DNA of 64,000 nt from contig NW_003314289.1 in the NCBI RefSeq assembly GCF_000143415.4, positions 1,854,293-1,918,292 of the forward strand. Reading direction: 5' to 3'. Positions within the stretch are counted from its first letter, which is position 1. The number at the start of each line of letters is the position of its first letter. Shown here piece after piece: positions 47,194 through 57,352 of this stretch. The position numbers and the translations under genes were made by a program. This DNA comes from Selaginella moellendorffii (taxonomy: Eukaryota > Plantae > Lycopodiophyta). Under the pieces are notes generated by a model. It was not told the origin of the DNA and did not search any database. It saw only the letters and a list, made by a program, of their open reading frames with translations.

Positions 47194-47733
47194 TTATGTG
47201 CTGTCTGGATCGAGATCAAGGACAGATCTCCTCAATTCCGGGTCCATAATCACACCTTTGACAATGTAAACCACGAGCATTTCTCCAATCCTCAGGTCCC
47301 TGGCCACGCAACGCATCCCATTCACCACCAGGCCCCTATTCACGTCCACCCCCAAGCTCAGCTTGTAACCGGATATGGTCTCGACTTGGAGCTGCTCGCC
47401 CGGCCTCAAACTCGTGGAACTAATTCGGCTGGGAACCGAGCTGGAAGCCAGCAAGCGAGAGAGCAGCGCCTGCCTATTCCCGTCCCTGTTACTGTCCTCT
47501 CCTGAGGGCTTTACGAGCTTGTCCAGAATGGCCTCGCTCGGGACGAAGCTCGTGAATGCCAGATCCAAATCCTGTCCACCTAGCATGTCTACCATGGACT
47601 TTCCAATTGGTCCCAGCTGCTCACTACCACTATCAATACCCTGTCCTCCAGATCTGGCATAGAGCAGGACGCACAGCACGAGTAAACATACCAGCGTCAA
47701 AGCTCGAAGTTGCCTGTGACGATAACTTTCCAT
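47194..47733 (-). CDS. Fasciclin (FAS1)-domain protein with an N-terminal membrane anchor
   Basis: Hydrophobic N-terminus; H1-like FTSFVPSE; ETISGYKL; LVVNGMRCVARDL..VVYIVKGVIM (H2-like). Confidence 0.8.
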   Translation of the reverse strand: MESYRHRQLRALTLVCLLVLCVLLYARSGGQGIDSGSEQLGPIGKSMVDMLGGQDLDLAFTSFVPSEAILDKLVKPSGEDSNRDGNRQALLSRLLASSSVPSRISSTSLRPGEQLQVETISGYKLSLGVDVNRGLVVNGMRCVARDLRIGEMLVVYIVKGVIMDPELRRSVLDLDPDST

Positions 47734-47788
47734 CCCTGCTGTCCAGTACCTGTGACGCTGTCCAGTAACTTATAACTTTGCTCTTGAT

Positions 47789-50184
47789 TTAGAGAATTCC
47801 TCTGGTTGCCACGGCCGTTTCGATTCTGTCAATCACCTCGTCTACGCTGAGGGTGCCGAGTTCTCCCCCGTGTCTGGTGCGAACAGTCAAAGTCTGAGCT
47901 TCGACTTCCTTGGGACCAACCACAGCCATGAGCGGAATCTTCTGAACCTCGGCATTACGAATCAGCTTGGAGAGCCGCTCACCGCACGCAATCTCTGCTC
48001 GAATGTCCTTTTCTCTAAGCCTTGCCAGGACCTGCTTACAGTAAGGCAGCTGCAAGAGTGGACAGGCGTTTCTTTAGAATACTTGCTCCACAGAGAACAA
48101 ACGCGACTTACCTCAGTGTCCGTGACTGGGAGAAGGCGAGCTTGAACAGGAGCGATCCATAATGGGAAGTCACCAGCGTAACTCTCTATAAGAATGCCGA
48201 CAAACCTCTCAATGGATCCAAATATCGCCCTATGGATCATGATGGGCTGCTTTCTGGCCTGACTGGGATCCACGTATGTAAGATCGAAACGCTCGGGAAG
48301 GTTGAAATCCACCTGGAGGAGAATCAAACATAAGCTGCCAGAATCATGTAAGCGTTACCTGGATTGTCGAACATTGCCACTTGCGGCCAATAGCATCCTC
48401 AATCTTGAGATCAATTTTTGGACCGTAGAAAGCACCACCGCCTTCGTCAATTCCATACGTCCAACCTTTGTCACTTATAGCGTCTTTCAAAGCTTCCGTT
48501 GCTTTGTGCCAGATATCATCACTACCGACAGCCTTTTCCGGTTTTGTTGACAGGTTGATCTCATAGTTTTGAAAGCCAAACTGAGAAAGGATCTCCTCTG
48601 TCAGGTCCAAAACGCTCTTGATTTCACCTCTAATCTGTTCTGGAAGGCAAAATATATGTGCATCATCCTGAAACATTAACAGAAAAGATCAGAAGCTTCC
48701 AAATGTTAAGGACTTGCCTGTGTAAAGCCCCGGACTCGGAATAGTCCGTGAAGAGCACCGCTCAGCTCGTAGCGATACACCGTACCTAGCTCCGCAAACT
48801 TTATGGGAAGCTCCCTATACGACCTCACTCTGTCCTTGTAGATTTGGATGTGGAACGGACAGTTCATCGGCCGCAGCTGATAAAACTCCTCTTCGATCTT
48901 TATCTGCTCGAACATATTCTCCTTGTAAAAATCCAAATGCCCGCTTCTCTTCCACAACTCGGCCTTTGCAATGTGAGGTGTGTAGAGTAGCTCGTATCCT
49001 CGTCTCAAGTGGACTTTCTTCCAGTAGTCTTCGATCAAATGGCGAATCAAAGCTCCTTTAGGATGCCAGAAGACGAGACCGCCCCCGGCGTCCTCCTGTA
49101 CCAAAAGTTGATGAGATGAAATGATATATCATCCAAGAAAAACCTCTACCTGGATTGAGAAAATCTCAAGGTCTTGGCCAAGTCGACGGTGATCACGTCT
49201 CTTCGCTTCCTCCTTTTGCGTTTGATACGCTTTGAGCTGCTCTTCCGTCTGCCAAGCAGTTCCATAAATCCGCTGAAGCATCTGTCTCTTGACATCACCT
49301 CTCCAGTAAGCTCCAGCGACGGACTCAAGCTCAATGGCTTTCCTGTTAAGCTGGCCGGTCCTTTCAACGTGTGGACCAGCACAAAGATCCCACCAGTCAT
49401 TGCCTGAAAACTTTCGAAGGAAGTGAGGGAAGGAGCAAGCAAAGTATGTTCCTCACCAATGTGGTATATTGTAATGGGTTCTGTTTTGATATCCTCTAGT
49501 ATTTCCAGCTTGTACTTTTCGTTGATAGACATAATTCGATCCTTGGCTTCTTCTCTCGATACTTCTTCTCGTCTCAGAGGTAAATTCCGGCCAATGATGC
49601 GATCCTAAAGACCAGTTTCAGTGGCTTACATTCTTGAGCAAACACTTACCATTTCCTTCTTTATCTTCTTCAAATCCTTGTCCGACAGTGGTTCTTTGAG
49701 GTCGAAGTCGTAGTAGAATCCTTTCTCAATCCACGGCCCAATTGTAACTTTAGCGTCTGGATAGAGTGTCTGGACCGCCATAGCCATCACGTGAGCACAC
49801 TGCGAAGATTTAAACAAGGAAGACGAGCTCAAGACTTGAGAAATGTCCCGAAAAGATGTTACACTACCGTATGGCGCATCCGGAGCAACTCCTCGCATGA
49901 CTCATTGGTTGGGAGAGGAATTTTGTGCGGTGATGGCGATGGCGGCGATATTTCCGTCTCGGATTCTGCCGCTACAGACGATGCAAAGGCCCGATGACGA
50001 GCGCCAGGCACTCGCTGCCGCACCAAAGTCTCAGAGACGCCGAGAAACCTACGGAGTCACGAGCAGATATGGGCGACCGAGCTCCCGCAAAGATTTACCT
50101 GCAAGTGGTGAGGCAAGATGCTCGCCGGACTGCGCCGAGCTGAAATGCGGCACACCACACGAGATGATTCGCAGCCGACGCCAT
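47789..50184 (-). CDS. THRRS: Threonyl-tRNA synthetase, organellar (plastid/mitochondrial), multi-exon
   Basis: Targeting peptide; [30 protein letters not shown]; GLVFWHPKG; LRPMNCPFH; [27 protein letters not shown]; GAFYGPKID; [13 protein letters not shown]. Confidence 0.96.
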
Positions 50185-50658
50185 TCCCCGCGCCTTAAGC
50201 CCTACAATTCACCCTTTTGTTTTTAGGGTTCTTGGACAACACCGTTGAAGAATATTCCAAGCCTAGGTATATACCCTTCCTTTAAAACCTCCTTGGGCAT
50301 TTTGCTTGTCCATACGAGGGTTTCCAGAGGCTTTCGAGAGCGATCCGGGCCAGGAGAGGTGAGATTGGAGTTTCTTTCCGAAATATCGATCTCTTGGCGC
50401 TCATTTCATCGATTTATCCTCATAATCTCCACTTCCCCTAGATTTTGCAGCATCCAACGTTCTTCCGGCGTTCTTCTTCCGGCCAGTTCCGCGATCCGGG
50501 CATGGAGAGGTGAGGAGGAGTTTTCTTTCAACGATCAATCTTTTTCCGCTCATGTAATCTCCACTTTCTATCGATTTTCCAGTGTTTCCGATGGTCTCCA
50601 CGTTCTCCTTCCGGCCGACATCCGCAATTCTGGTAAACGCAGGGCATCGCCGCTGCTC

Positions 50659-51649
50659 ATGGACAAGTCACAGCCAGCGTGGGCTCCCTGGGTCGCTTTG
50701 GCGGTCGAGCACTGCAACAATGCCAATCCCACGAAGTACAAGATCGTCAAGCGTGGCAAAGACATCGTCTTCTCTCAAAGAAAGGCAAATCCCAGGGACG
50801 TGGAGGTGGAGATCCTGTGTGCCGATGACTTCCACAACCTCCGGACGCGCTGCAGCTTCCCTCAAGATCCGGAATTCGCCAACTCCCTCGCTACTGCGCG
50901 GCACTGCTCCATGCCTTCGGGAAAAAGCCCTGCGCTGTGGAGTAGAACACAAAGTGACGGAGATTTCGTAATCAAAGAGGTAGATGCGGAGCTCCTAGCC
51001 AGCTTCGAGCGGATAAGCGACAGGTACTTTGAGTATGTTGATATTCTTTGTGAGGAGAGGCTGCGCACTATGCTTGTGCTCGTCATAGCTGCGTTCAAGG
51101 TACTTTACGAGTAGTTTTACGTATGAGTAGTTTTACCGCTTCCAAACCTGTTTCTCTTTACAGGTGCGAATGCCGGGAGGAGCGGAGCACATCCTTCTAG
51201 TGATGGAGGCATTGTCTAGCACTGCAACACTCTACCGTGAGTATGATCTCAAGGGACTGCAAGAGCCAGCCGGTGGCATCTCAGATGGGACGTTGCAAGT
51301 CCCATTGACACTCCAGGCTAAAGATCACGAGACGTTTTTCGAAATACTTGCGCGTGACACGTTCTTCCTTCAGGTAAACGCAGCTAAACCCGAAATCTCA
51401 AAGCTTTTTTTCTTGTTCCAGGAGGCTGAAGTTTTCGATTACTCGCTTATGGTTTACCATGTCCCGGGGAGGAACGAGCTTGTCGTGGGGATCATTGACT
51501 ACTTGCGCTATTTCACGCCTGTCAAGCACGCCTTCGTCGCCCTGTTGAAGACTCTGGATGGGAAGCCTCGCAGCGCACTTCATCCCAAGCAGTACCGAAA
51601 GAGAATGCTCGAAGCATTTGCAAAGTACTTCCCATGTGCTTCTAGGTAG
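50659..51649 (+). CDS. Stand-alone, divergent phosphatidylinositol-phosphate kinase (PIP5K/FAB1-like) catalytic domain, 3 exons
   Basis: SGKSPALW..FVIKEV; LLVME; YDLKG; RDTFFL; DYSLMV; VGIIDYLRYFT; HPKQYRKRM. Introns at 51100-51163 and 51374-51421. Confidence 0.78.
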
Positions 51650-51670
51650 TTGATCTTAGTCCTAAAGCTT

Positions 51671-52787
51671 TTACAGCTTACTTGTTCCAGCGTTCACAAG
51701 CTCAAAATCCTGTTCCGCCGATCGAGTGAGTAGGACAGTCTTGAGCTGAGCGTTGGGAAGCCTAAGAAAAGATTGAAAACACAGATATTTTAGCATGACC
51801 AACAAAGAGCTACGTACACAAGGTTGGAGCGCTTGAGCATGTTCCGCATAAAACTGCTATGAGAAACCACCGCGATCTCCTCCTCTTTACGCTCCCACAG
51901 CCTGATGGAGAGACAATGTAAGAAGGATGGTATGATCAGCTGTGAGGCACATACCACTGCAGGAACTGTCTGATCCGCTGCTGCATCGCTGCCAGGGATT
52001 CGGCTGTCTCGGCATTCCACAGCACGTCACTTTCTTCTTCGATCTACAAATGGTTTCGCATCAGTTTCGAATTAGAGGTCTCGGGACAGGAACAACAAGC
52101 CTGTGAGAAGTCGACGGATGGAAAGTGTGCCTTGTAGCTGCTGATGGACCGTCTCCTGTCAGAAGTTCGTGCGCTCTAAACGCATCATGCATGATCAGCT
52201 TGTTGCAAAACAATAGAACAACGACTTACAATGCGCTCTCGGCATAGCTCCACAGCAACCAAAGGCAGGCTGGAATCACTTCCATAGTCGGCACCACGGA
52301 AAACTCCTGTAGCTGTTTGCAACGTCCTAACGAAAACGAAAGCATCTAAAGACTTGAAGAACTAGAATAGTTCACCTCGTCATGGGTGAAACTGTCACGA
52401 GCTGGATACGGCGATCAAGGCCAGCTTCTCGGACGATCTTGCGGAGTGTAGCCACCTGATTTTTTTGTCAAAGGTAATTAGCAGAAGAAGATCCAAAAAC
52501 CACAACACAGCGCAAAGAAGAAAAGCTCAAGGAAGTACCTGTTCCCATCCAGCAGGAGTGAGGACGGCATCGAAGCGATCATCGTCGTCGAAGGATTTCT
52601 TGGAGGATTTTGTGCTGCAAAGGAAAGATGTTACAAACCATGTGATAAACAAAGGTCGCAGCACGCGGAGAAGAAGGCCGGGTGTTAGGCGACGCCATTC
52701 GCCGCGGAAGAAGAGGCGATGGAGGCTGACATCTCCATCCACGTTATGATAGGCCTGAGCGTGCCTCATCAAATGCAACACCTTCAT
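51671..52787 (-). CDS. Phosphoglycerate mutase-like (histidine phosphatase superfamily) protein, multi-exon
   Basis: LHLMRHAQAYHN; DAVLTPAGWEQ; VSPMTRTLQTA; ELCRER; EIAVVSHSSF. Confidence 0.88.
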
Positions 52788-52929
52788 GCTCCTCCCAAAA
52801 CCCTTGCCCTAGTTATTTTAAAATTATGCCGAGTATATGATCTCTTTTAAAAACAGAATATACTACTCAAGTCGCGAATTTAGCTTTCCTTGGCATTGCA
52901 AGGAAAGCGAAGAGACCAATCACACGGGC

Positions 52930-53220
52930 GCCAATGGCCACAGGACCATAGTTAGCACTGGAGGAGCTATTTTGTACGCGAGACGAACAAAGATTTTAGT
53001 TTCTCGTCTGTCCTCTGCATAAAACTTGACGGAATGCATCGTTGCGCTTGACAAAATCAATCTCAAGAACATCCGGGTGAGATTCAAACAGTAACTGGAA
53101 AGCGGCAAAGGTACCTCCCTTCTGGTTTGCCGCCTCCACGGCTATGTATGGTTGCCATTTCTCAAGACCACTTCCCTCGAGGAAAAACCACGAAGTCGAT
53201 TGATCCTCACTCTGTCCTTG
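52930..53220 (-). pseudogene. Decayed copy of the NOMO 3' exons (about 57500-57960)
   Basis: CATAAAACTTGACGGA..TCGTTGCGCTTG.CAAAATCAA and CTGGAAAGCGGCAAAGGTACCTCCCTT are shared with 57630-57812. Confidence 0.85.
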
Positions 53221-53239
53221 TACATTTGGATGTGGAACG

Positions 53240-54015
53240 GATCAGTTCATCGACTGCAGATGATAAAGACCTTGAGCTTTTCTCAAATTGAGATGAATAA
53301 ATATCATGCAAGAAAAACCTCCATCTGGATTGAATCCAGATGGAGGTTTTTCTTGCGATGATATTTATTCATCTCATCAACTTTGGACGCTGGGGCGGTC
53401 TCGTCTAAAGGAGCTAGTTATCGAAGACTACTGGAAGAAAGTTCACCTAAGACGAGGATACAAGCTACTCTAGACACCTTACGTTCCCAAGGCTGAGCTG
53501 TGGAAGACCAGCGGGCATTTGGATCTTTACAAGGAGAACAGGCCAAGTCGACGGTGATCACGTCTCCTGGCTTCCTCCTTTTGCGTTTGATCTCCGTCTG
53601 CCAAGCAATTCCATAATGATGCGATCCTAAGAAAAACTTACCATCTCCATCTTTATCTTCTTCAAATCTTTGTCTGACAGTGGTTCTTTGAGATCGAAGT
53701 CGTTCTCGATCCATGGCCCAATTGTAACTTTAGCGTCTGGATAGAGTGTCTGGACCGCCATAACCATTCCGTGAGCTCACTGAGCAAGTCAAGAACACAA
53801 GCTCAAGGCTTGAGAAAACTTCCAAAAAGATCTTACACTACAGTTCCTCGTATGACTCATTGAATTTTGTGCGGTGATGCGATGCGGCGATATTTCCGTC
53901 TCGGATTCTGCTGCTACAGACGACACAAACGCCCGATGACGGGCGCAAGGCGCGACATAGAGATTCGTTTAAAACATGGTAGCCTAAATTCTCGAGTATA
54001 TACTTCCTTTAAAGA
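53240..54015 (-). pseudogene. Rearranged partial ThrRS copy (5' half, intron remnants and promoter) with an internal inversion
   Basis: 53541-53955 matches 49176-50012 directly. About 53333-53540 is an inverted copy of about 48910-49158. 53996-54013 matches the ThrRS upstream sequence near 50267-50286. Confidence 0.88.
53289..53376. repeat. Near-perfect inverted repeat (43-bp arms, 1-nt spacer, one bulge)
   Basis: TGAGATGAATAAATATCATGCAAGAAAAACCTCCATCTGGATT-G-AATCCAGATGGAGGTTTTTCTTGC(G)ATGATATTTATTCATCTCA. Confidence 0.95.
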
Positions 54016-54413
54016 TCCATCAATATTGCACGAGAATGCGTTTGATCACACAGATGCCAATTAGCACGGGAAATTAAATCCTGCATAGTTTGTCTGATCG
54101 TTGAGCTTGGCAAAATCAACCTCGAGAACATTGGGGATCCTCTCAGAGAGATGCTCTAAGTGCTAGGGCTGGGGTGCCTCTTCCATCCTCGCCATTCTCG
54201 CTTTCTCTGCTGGCATTTTATACCATGGTCCTGAAGATCTTCACTTGATCCCGCAAGGTCTTCACTGCTTTCCGCATTTCCGTAGGGATCTCCTTCCACC
54301 CTGAATCTGATCTCTGACCACGTCATTTTCGCCCACAACCAACACAGCATGCTAAAAACCCGAAAATTGTGTAGAACATTCCGGCATATTTGCTCTCAGG
54401 GCGAATTTCATCG

Positions 54414-55512
54414 TCACTTGGGATGACATGTGGATTGTAAGAGTTCCACGAGTGTCATGAGCGATGGGTGATCAAGCATTCCCTTGCCTGATTCATATGT
54501 GCGCCCGCCCACTCCACCCCAACGCTTTGTGTCCAGGTCGTAAACGAACACTTTTCCTTCCGAAAAGATGACGAGATTGTCCTCTGCATGAATATAACAA
54601 CGACAAAAATTTCGAGACTGCCCAGGATACACTTGATCGAGCAGGGCTTTACAGAGCACTGCTGAGACTATAACCAAACCGCCATTGTCATCAACCTTCC
54701 ACACACCATAGCCATCAGCTCTGCAGTACCCTACCTTGTAGTAGTCTCCCTCATGCACATAAATCCAGGCGCTTGCAAAGTAGCGCTGGCCATTGTACTC
54801 CCACAGCATTGTCGTGCACCAACCGGGACGTGGCAATACGCAGCGCAGAAACTCTCCACTTTGTTCAACCCCTTCCAGGCCCGTTGTAATCCTCAGGCTG
54901 CGCACGACTTCCCCTGTGATCCACTTGGTGCGGCGAAAGTCATACAATCCCAGGATACTAAGGTCGTAGAAGTCTGGGAATACAGACCGATCATCAAACC
55001 AGTGACGCTCCTCCCTCTGTGAGAACGGGAGGTTGGGGAGAGAAGACCAGACGTGTGTTGCCCAGTCGTAGATGTAGCACCAGTGGCCTGAGTCGATGGA
55101 GCGTTGGTAGTTCGCTCCACTCTTGGGTCACTGGATTGCCCACCACCAGGGTAAACACATGCAGATGGACGAAGAAATGATCCATGACGATGCATACCAG
55201 GCCACCTGCGGAAGCAACGACTTTCTCGGTCAGTGGAGGCAATGCAAACTCCACACTGTGGTTAGACCGTGATGGATCCCAGGCGAAAAAGTGTTCGTCG
55301 TCGCTGACAGAGGTATTTATAACCCACAATGATTCTTGCTCGCCACTGTTTTGACACCACTTGTGGCGAAAGGATGGATTGTTGATGATGGACTTCCATG
55401 ACTTGCAGACTGTGGAGCACCGACGCAGTGTGGTCAGTTCCACAAAGCTGAGAACTAGCTCCACAATGTCGTCTTGCATCCACAAAGGCGTTTCTTCCAT
55501 CTGCGTCATCAT
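54414..55512 (-). pseudogene. F-box gene duplicate with internal deletions and a frameshift
   Basis: Two ORFs (54994-55695 and 54414-54947) each match part of the intact 55961-57253 protein. The segment equivalent to about 56750-56845 is missing. Confidence 0.8.
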
Positions 55513-55669
55513 AAGTTTGATGCTACATAGTGGAATTGGCTTACTCGAGACAAGGAGTTGTATATTATAATTGCTGCTGTGAAGGAATGACCTTAAAAAG
55601 GATTTTGCAATTTCCCTTTTATATGTTATAGAGCAGACCTTCCAGGTAAAGGTCCAACAAATGGTAAAT

Positions 55670-55857
55670 GCAAAGAATATGTTTTCTCCGTTCAAAATTT
55701 TCCAGGATTAAGAGCAAACTTGAATCTCCCTTCGACGTCAGATGTAACATGGCAGAGCCATATCCTTAACGTCACCGGAGTGCAAGAAAACTTAGAATTC
55801 CCTGCCAGTACGAGCTCAGCAGAACGAACAACATGTACCTTAGACATCACACGACGA
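55670..55857 (-). pseudogene. Decayed fragment of an internal NOMO exon and intron (about 60915-61240)
   Basis: AACTTGAATCTCCCTTCGACGTC, GAATTCCCTGCCAGTACGAG and CATGTACCTTAGACATCACACGAC are shared with 61029-61240. Confidence 0.85.
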
Positions 55858-55960
55858 AGATTTTCACTTGATCAGGAGAAGCCGTCTTCTCCTGATTGCA
55901 ATGCTCTCCACATTTGTCTATAAAGATCTGGCTCCACCCTGAATCTGATCTCTGACCACG

Positions 55961-57253
55961 TCATTTTCGTTTGTACTTGGCGCGACTACCAACACAGCAT
56001 GCCAAAAACCCGAAAATTCTATAGACCCATGTTCTCTCAGGGCGAATTTCAGTGTCACTTGGGATGACATGTGGAATAAAAGATTGCTCCACGAGTGTCG
56101 TGAGCGATGGGCGATAAAGCAGTCCCTTGCCTGATTCATATGTGCGCCCGCCCACTCCACCCCAACGCTCTGTGTCCAGGTCGTAAGCAAACACTTTCCC
56201 TTCTGAAAAGATGACGAGATTGTCCTCTGCGTGGATATAACAATGAGAAAAATTTCGAGACTGCCCAGGATACACTTGATTGAACAGGGCTTTACAGTGC
56301 ACTGCCGAGACTGTAACCAAGCCACCGTTGTCATCAACCTTCCATATGCCATAGCCATCAGCTCCACAGCACCGTAGTTCGTGGTGGCCTCCCGCATACA
56401 CCCAGGCGCTTGCAAAGTAGTGCTGGCCATTGTACTCCCACAGCCTTGTCACGCACGAACGGGGGCGCGGCAAAACGCAGCGCAGGATCTCTCCACCACT
56501 GTCTTCCAGGCCCGTTGTAATCCTCAGGCTGCGGACGACTTCCCCTGTGATCCACTTGGTGCGGCGAAAGTCATACAAGCCCAGGATACTGAGGTCGTAG
56601 AAATTGTCGTCCATGTCTGGGAATACAGCCCGAGGTTCAAACTGACGCCGCAGCTCCCTCCCCTTGAGGTAGGCTGGCGAGAACGGGAGGTTGGAAAGAG
56701 AAGACCAGGCGCGTGTTGTCGAGTTGTAGATGCAGCACCAGTGGCCCGAGTCGTAGGTGGTGAAGTGCACGCCAACTTTGAAACAATGTTTATCGACAAA
56801 CATGGCAAAGTCGTCCTCCGCAAAAACAATTTCCTCTCTATGGAGCGGTGGTAGTTCGCTCCACTCTTGGGTCACTGGGTTGCCCACCACCAGGTTAAGC
56901 ACACCCAGATGTTGCTCGGGGGGATCGCTCACGATGCATATCAGGCCACCTGCGGACGCAACGACTTCTTCGGTCAGTGGAGGCAATGCAAACTCCACAC
57001 TGTGGTTCGGACGTGATGGATCCCAGGCGAAAAAGTGGTCGCTGTTGGTGACAGAGGTATTCATAACCCACAATGATTCTTGGTCGCCACCGTTTTGGCA
57101 CCAACGGCGGCGAAAGGATGGATTGCTGATGATGGACTTCCATGACTTGCAAACGGCAGAGCACCGACGCAGTGTGGCCAGCTCCACAAAGCTGAGAACC
57201 AGCTCCACAATGTCATCTTGCACCCACACAGGCGCTTCTTCTCTCTGCGTCAT
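55961..57253 (-). CDS. F-box protein (F-box plus beta-propeller/kelch-like region), intronless
   Basis: QDDIVELVLSFVELATLRRCSAVCKSWKSII..PSF; VASAGGLIC; VGNPVTQEWSELPPL; IYNSTTRAW. Confidence 0.88.
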   Translation of the reverse strand: MTQREEAPVWVQDDIVELVLSFVELATLRRCSAVCKSWKSIISNPSFRRRWCQNGGDQESLWVMNTSVTNSDHFFAWDPSRPNHSVEFALPPLTEEVVASAGGLICIVSDPPEQHLGVLNLVVGNPVTQEWSELPPLHREEIVFAEDDFAMFVDKHCFKVGVHFTTYDSGHWCCIYNSTTRAWSSLSNLPFSPAYLKGRELRRQFEPRAVFPDMDDNFYDLSILGLYDFRRTKWITGEVVRSLRITTGLEDSGGEILRCVLPRPRSCVTRLWEYNGQHYFASAWVYAGGHHELRCCGADGYGIWKVDDNGGLVTVSAVHCKALFNQVYPGQSRNFSHCYIHAEDNLVIFSEGKVFAYDLDTERWGGVGGRTYESGKGLLYRPSLTTLVEQSFIPHVIPSDTEIRPERTWVYRIFGFLACCVGSRAKYKRK

Positions 57254-57352
57254 CAAAGGCAATCTAGCACACAAAAGGATTTCTCTAGACCTGCCACCTT
57301 TTTTAAGAATACCTCCGAGCATATTCTGTTTTTAAAAATTCCAGTTAGCGTT

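Noticed and set aside
50245-50658. Long N-terminal extension of the PIP-kinase ORF
   Set aside because: It starts at TTG in promoter-like sequence. The likely ATG start is 50659; an ATG at 50592 is out of frame.
57254-57322. Upstream ATG (57322) as the F-box start
   Set aside because: Possible, but similarity with the duplicate begins at MTQ (57253) and the ATG is only 30 nt from the NOMO stop. Left unresolved.
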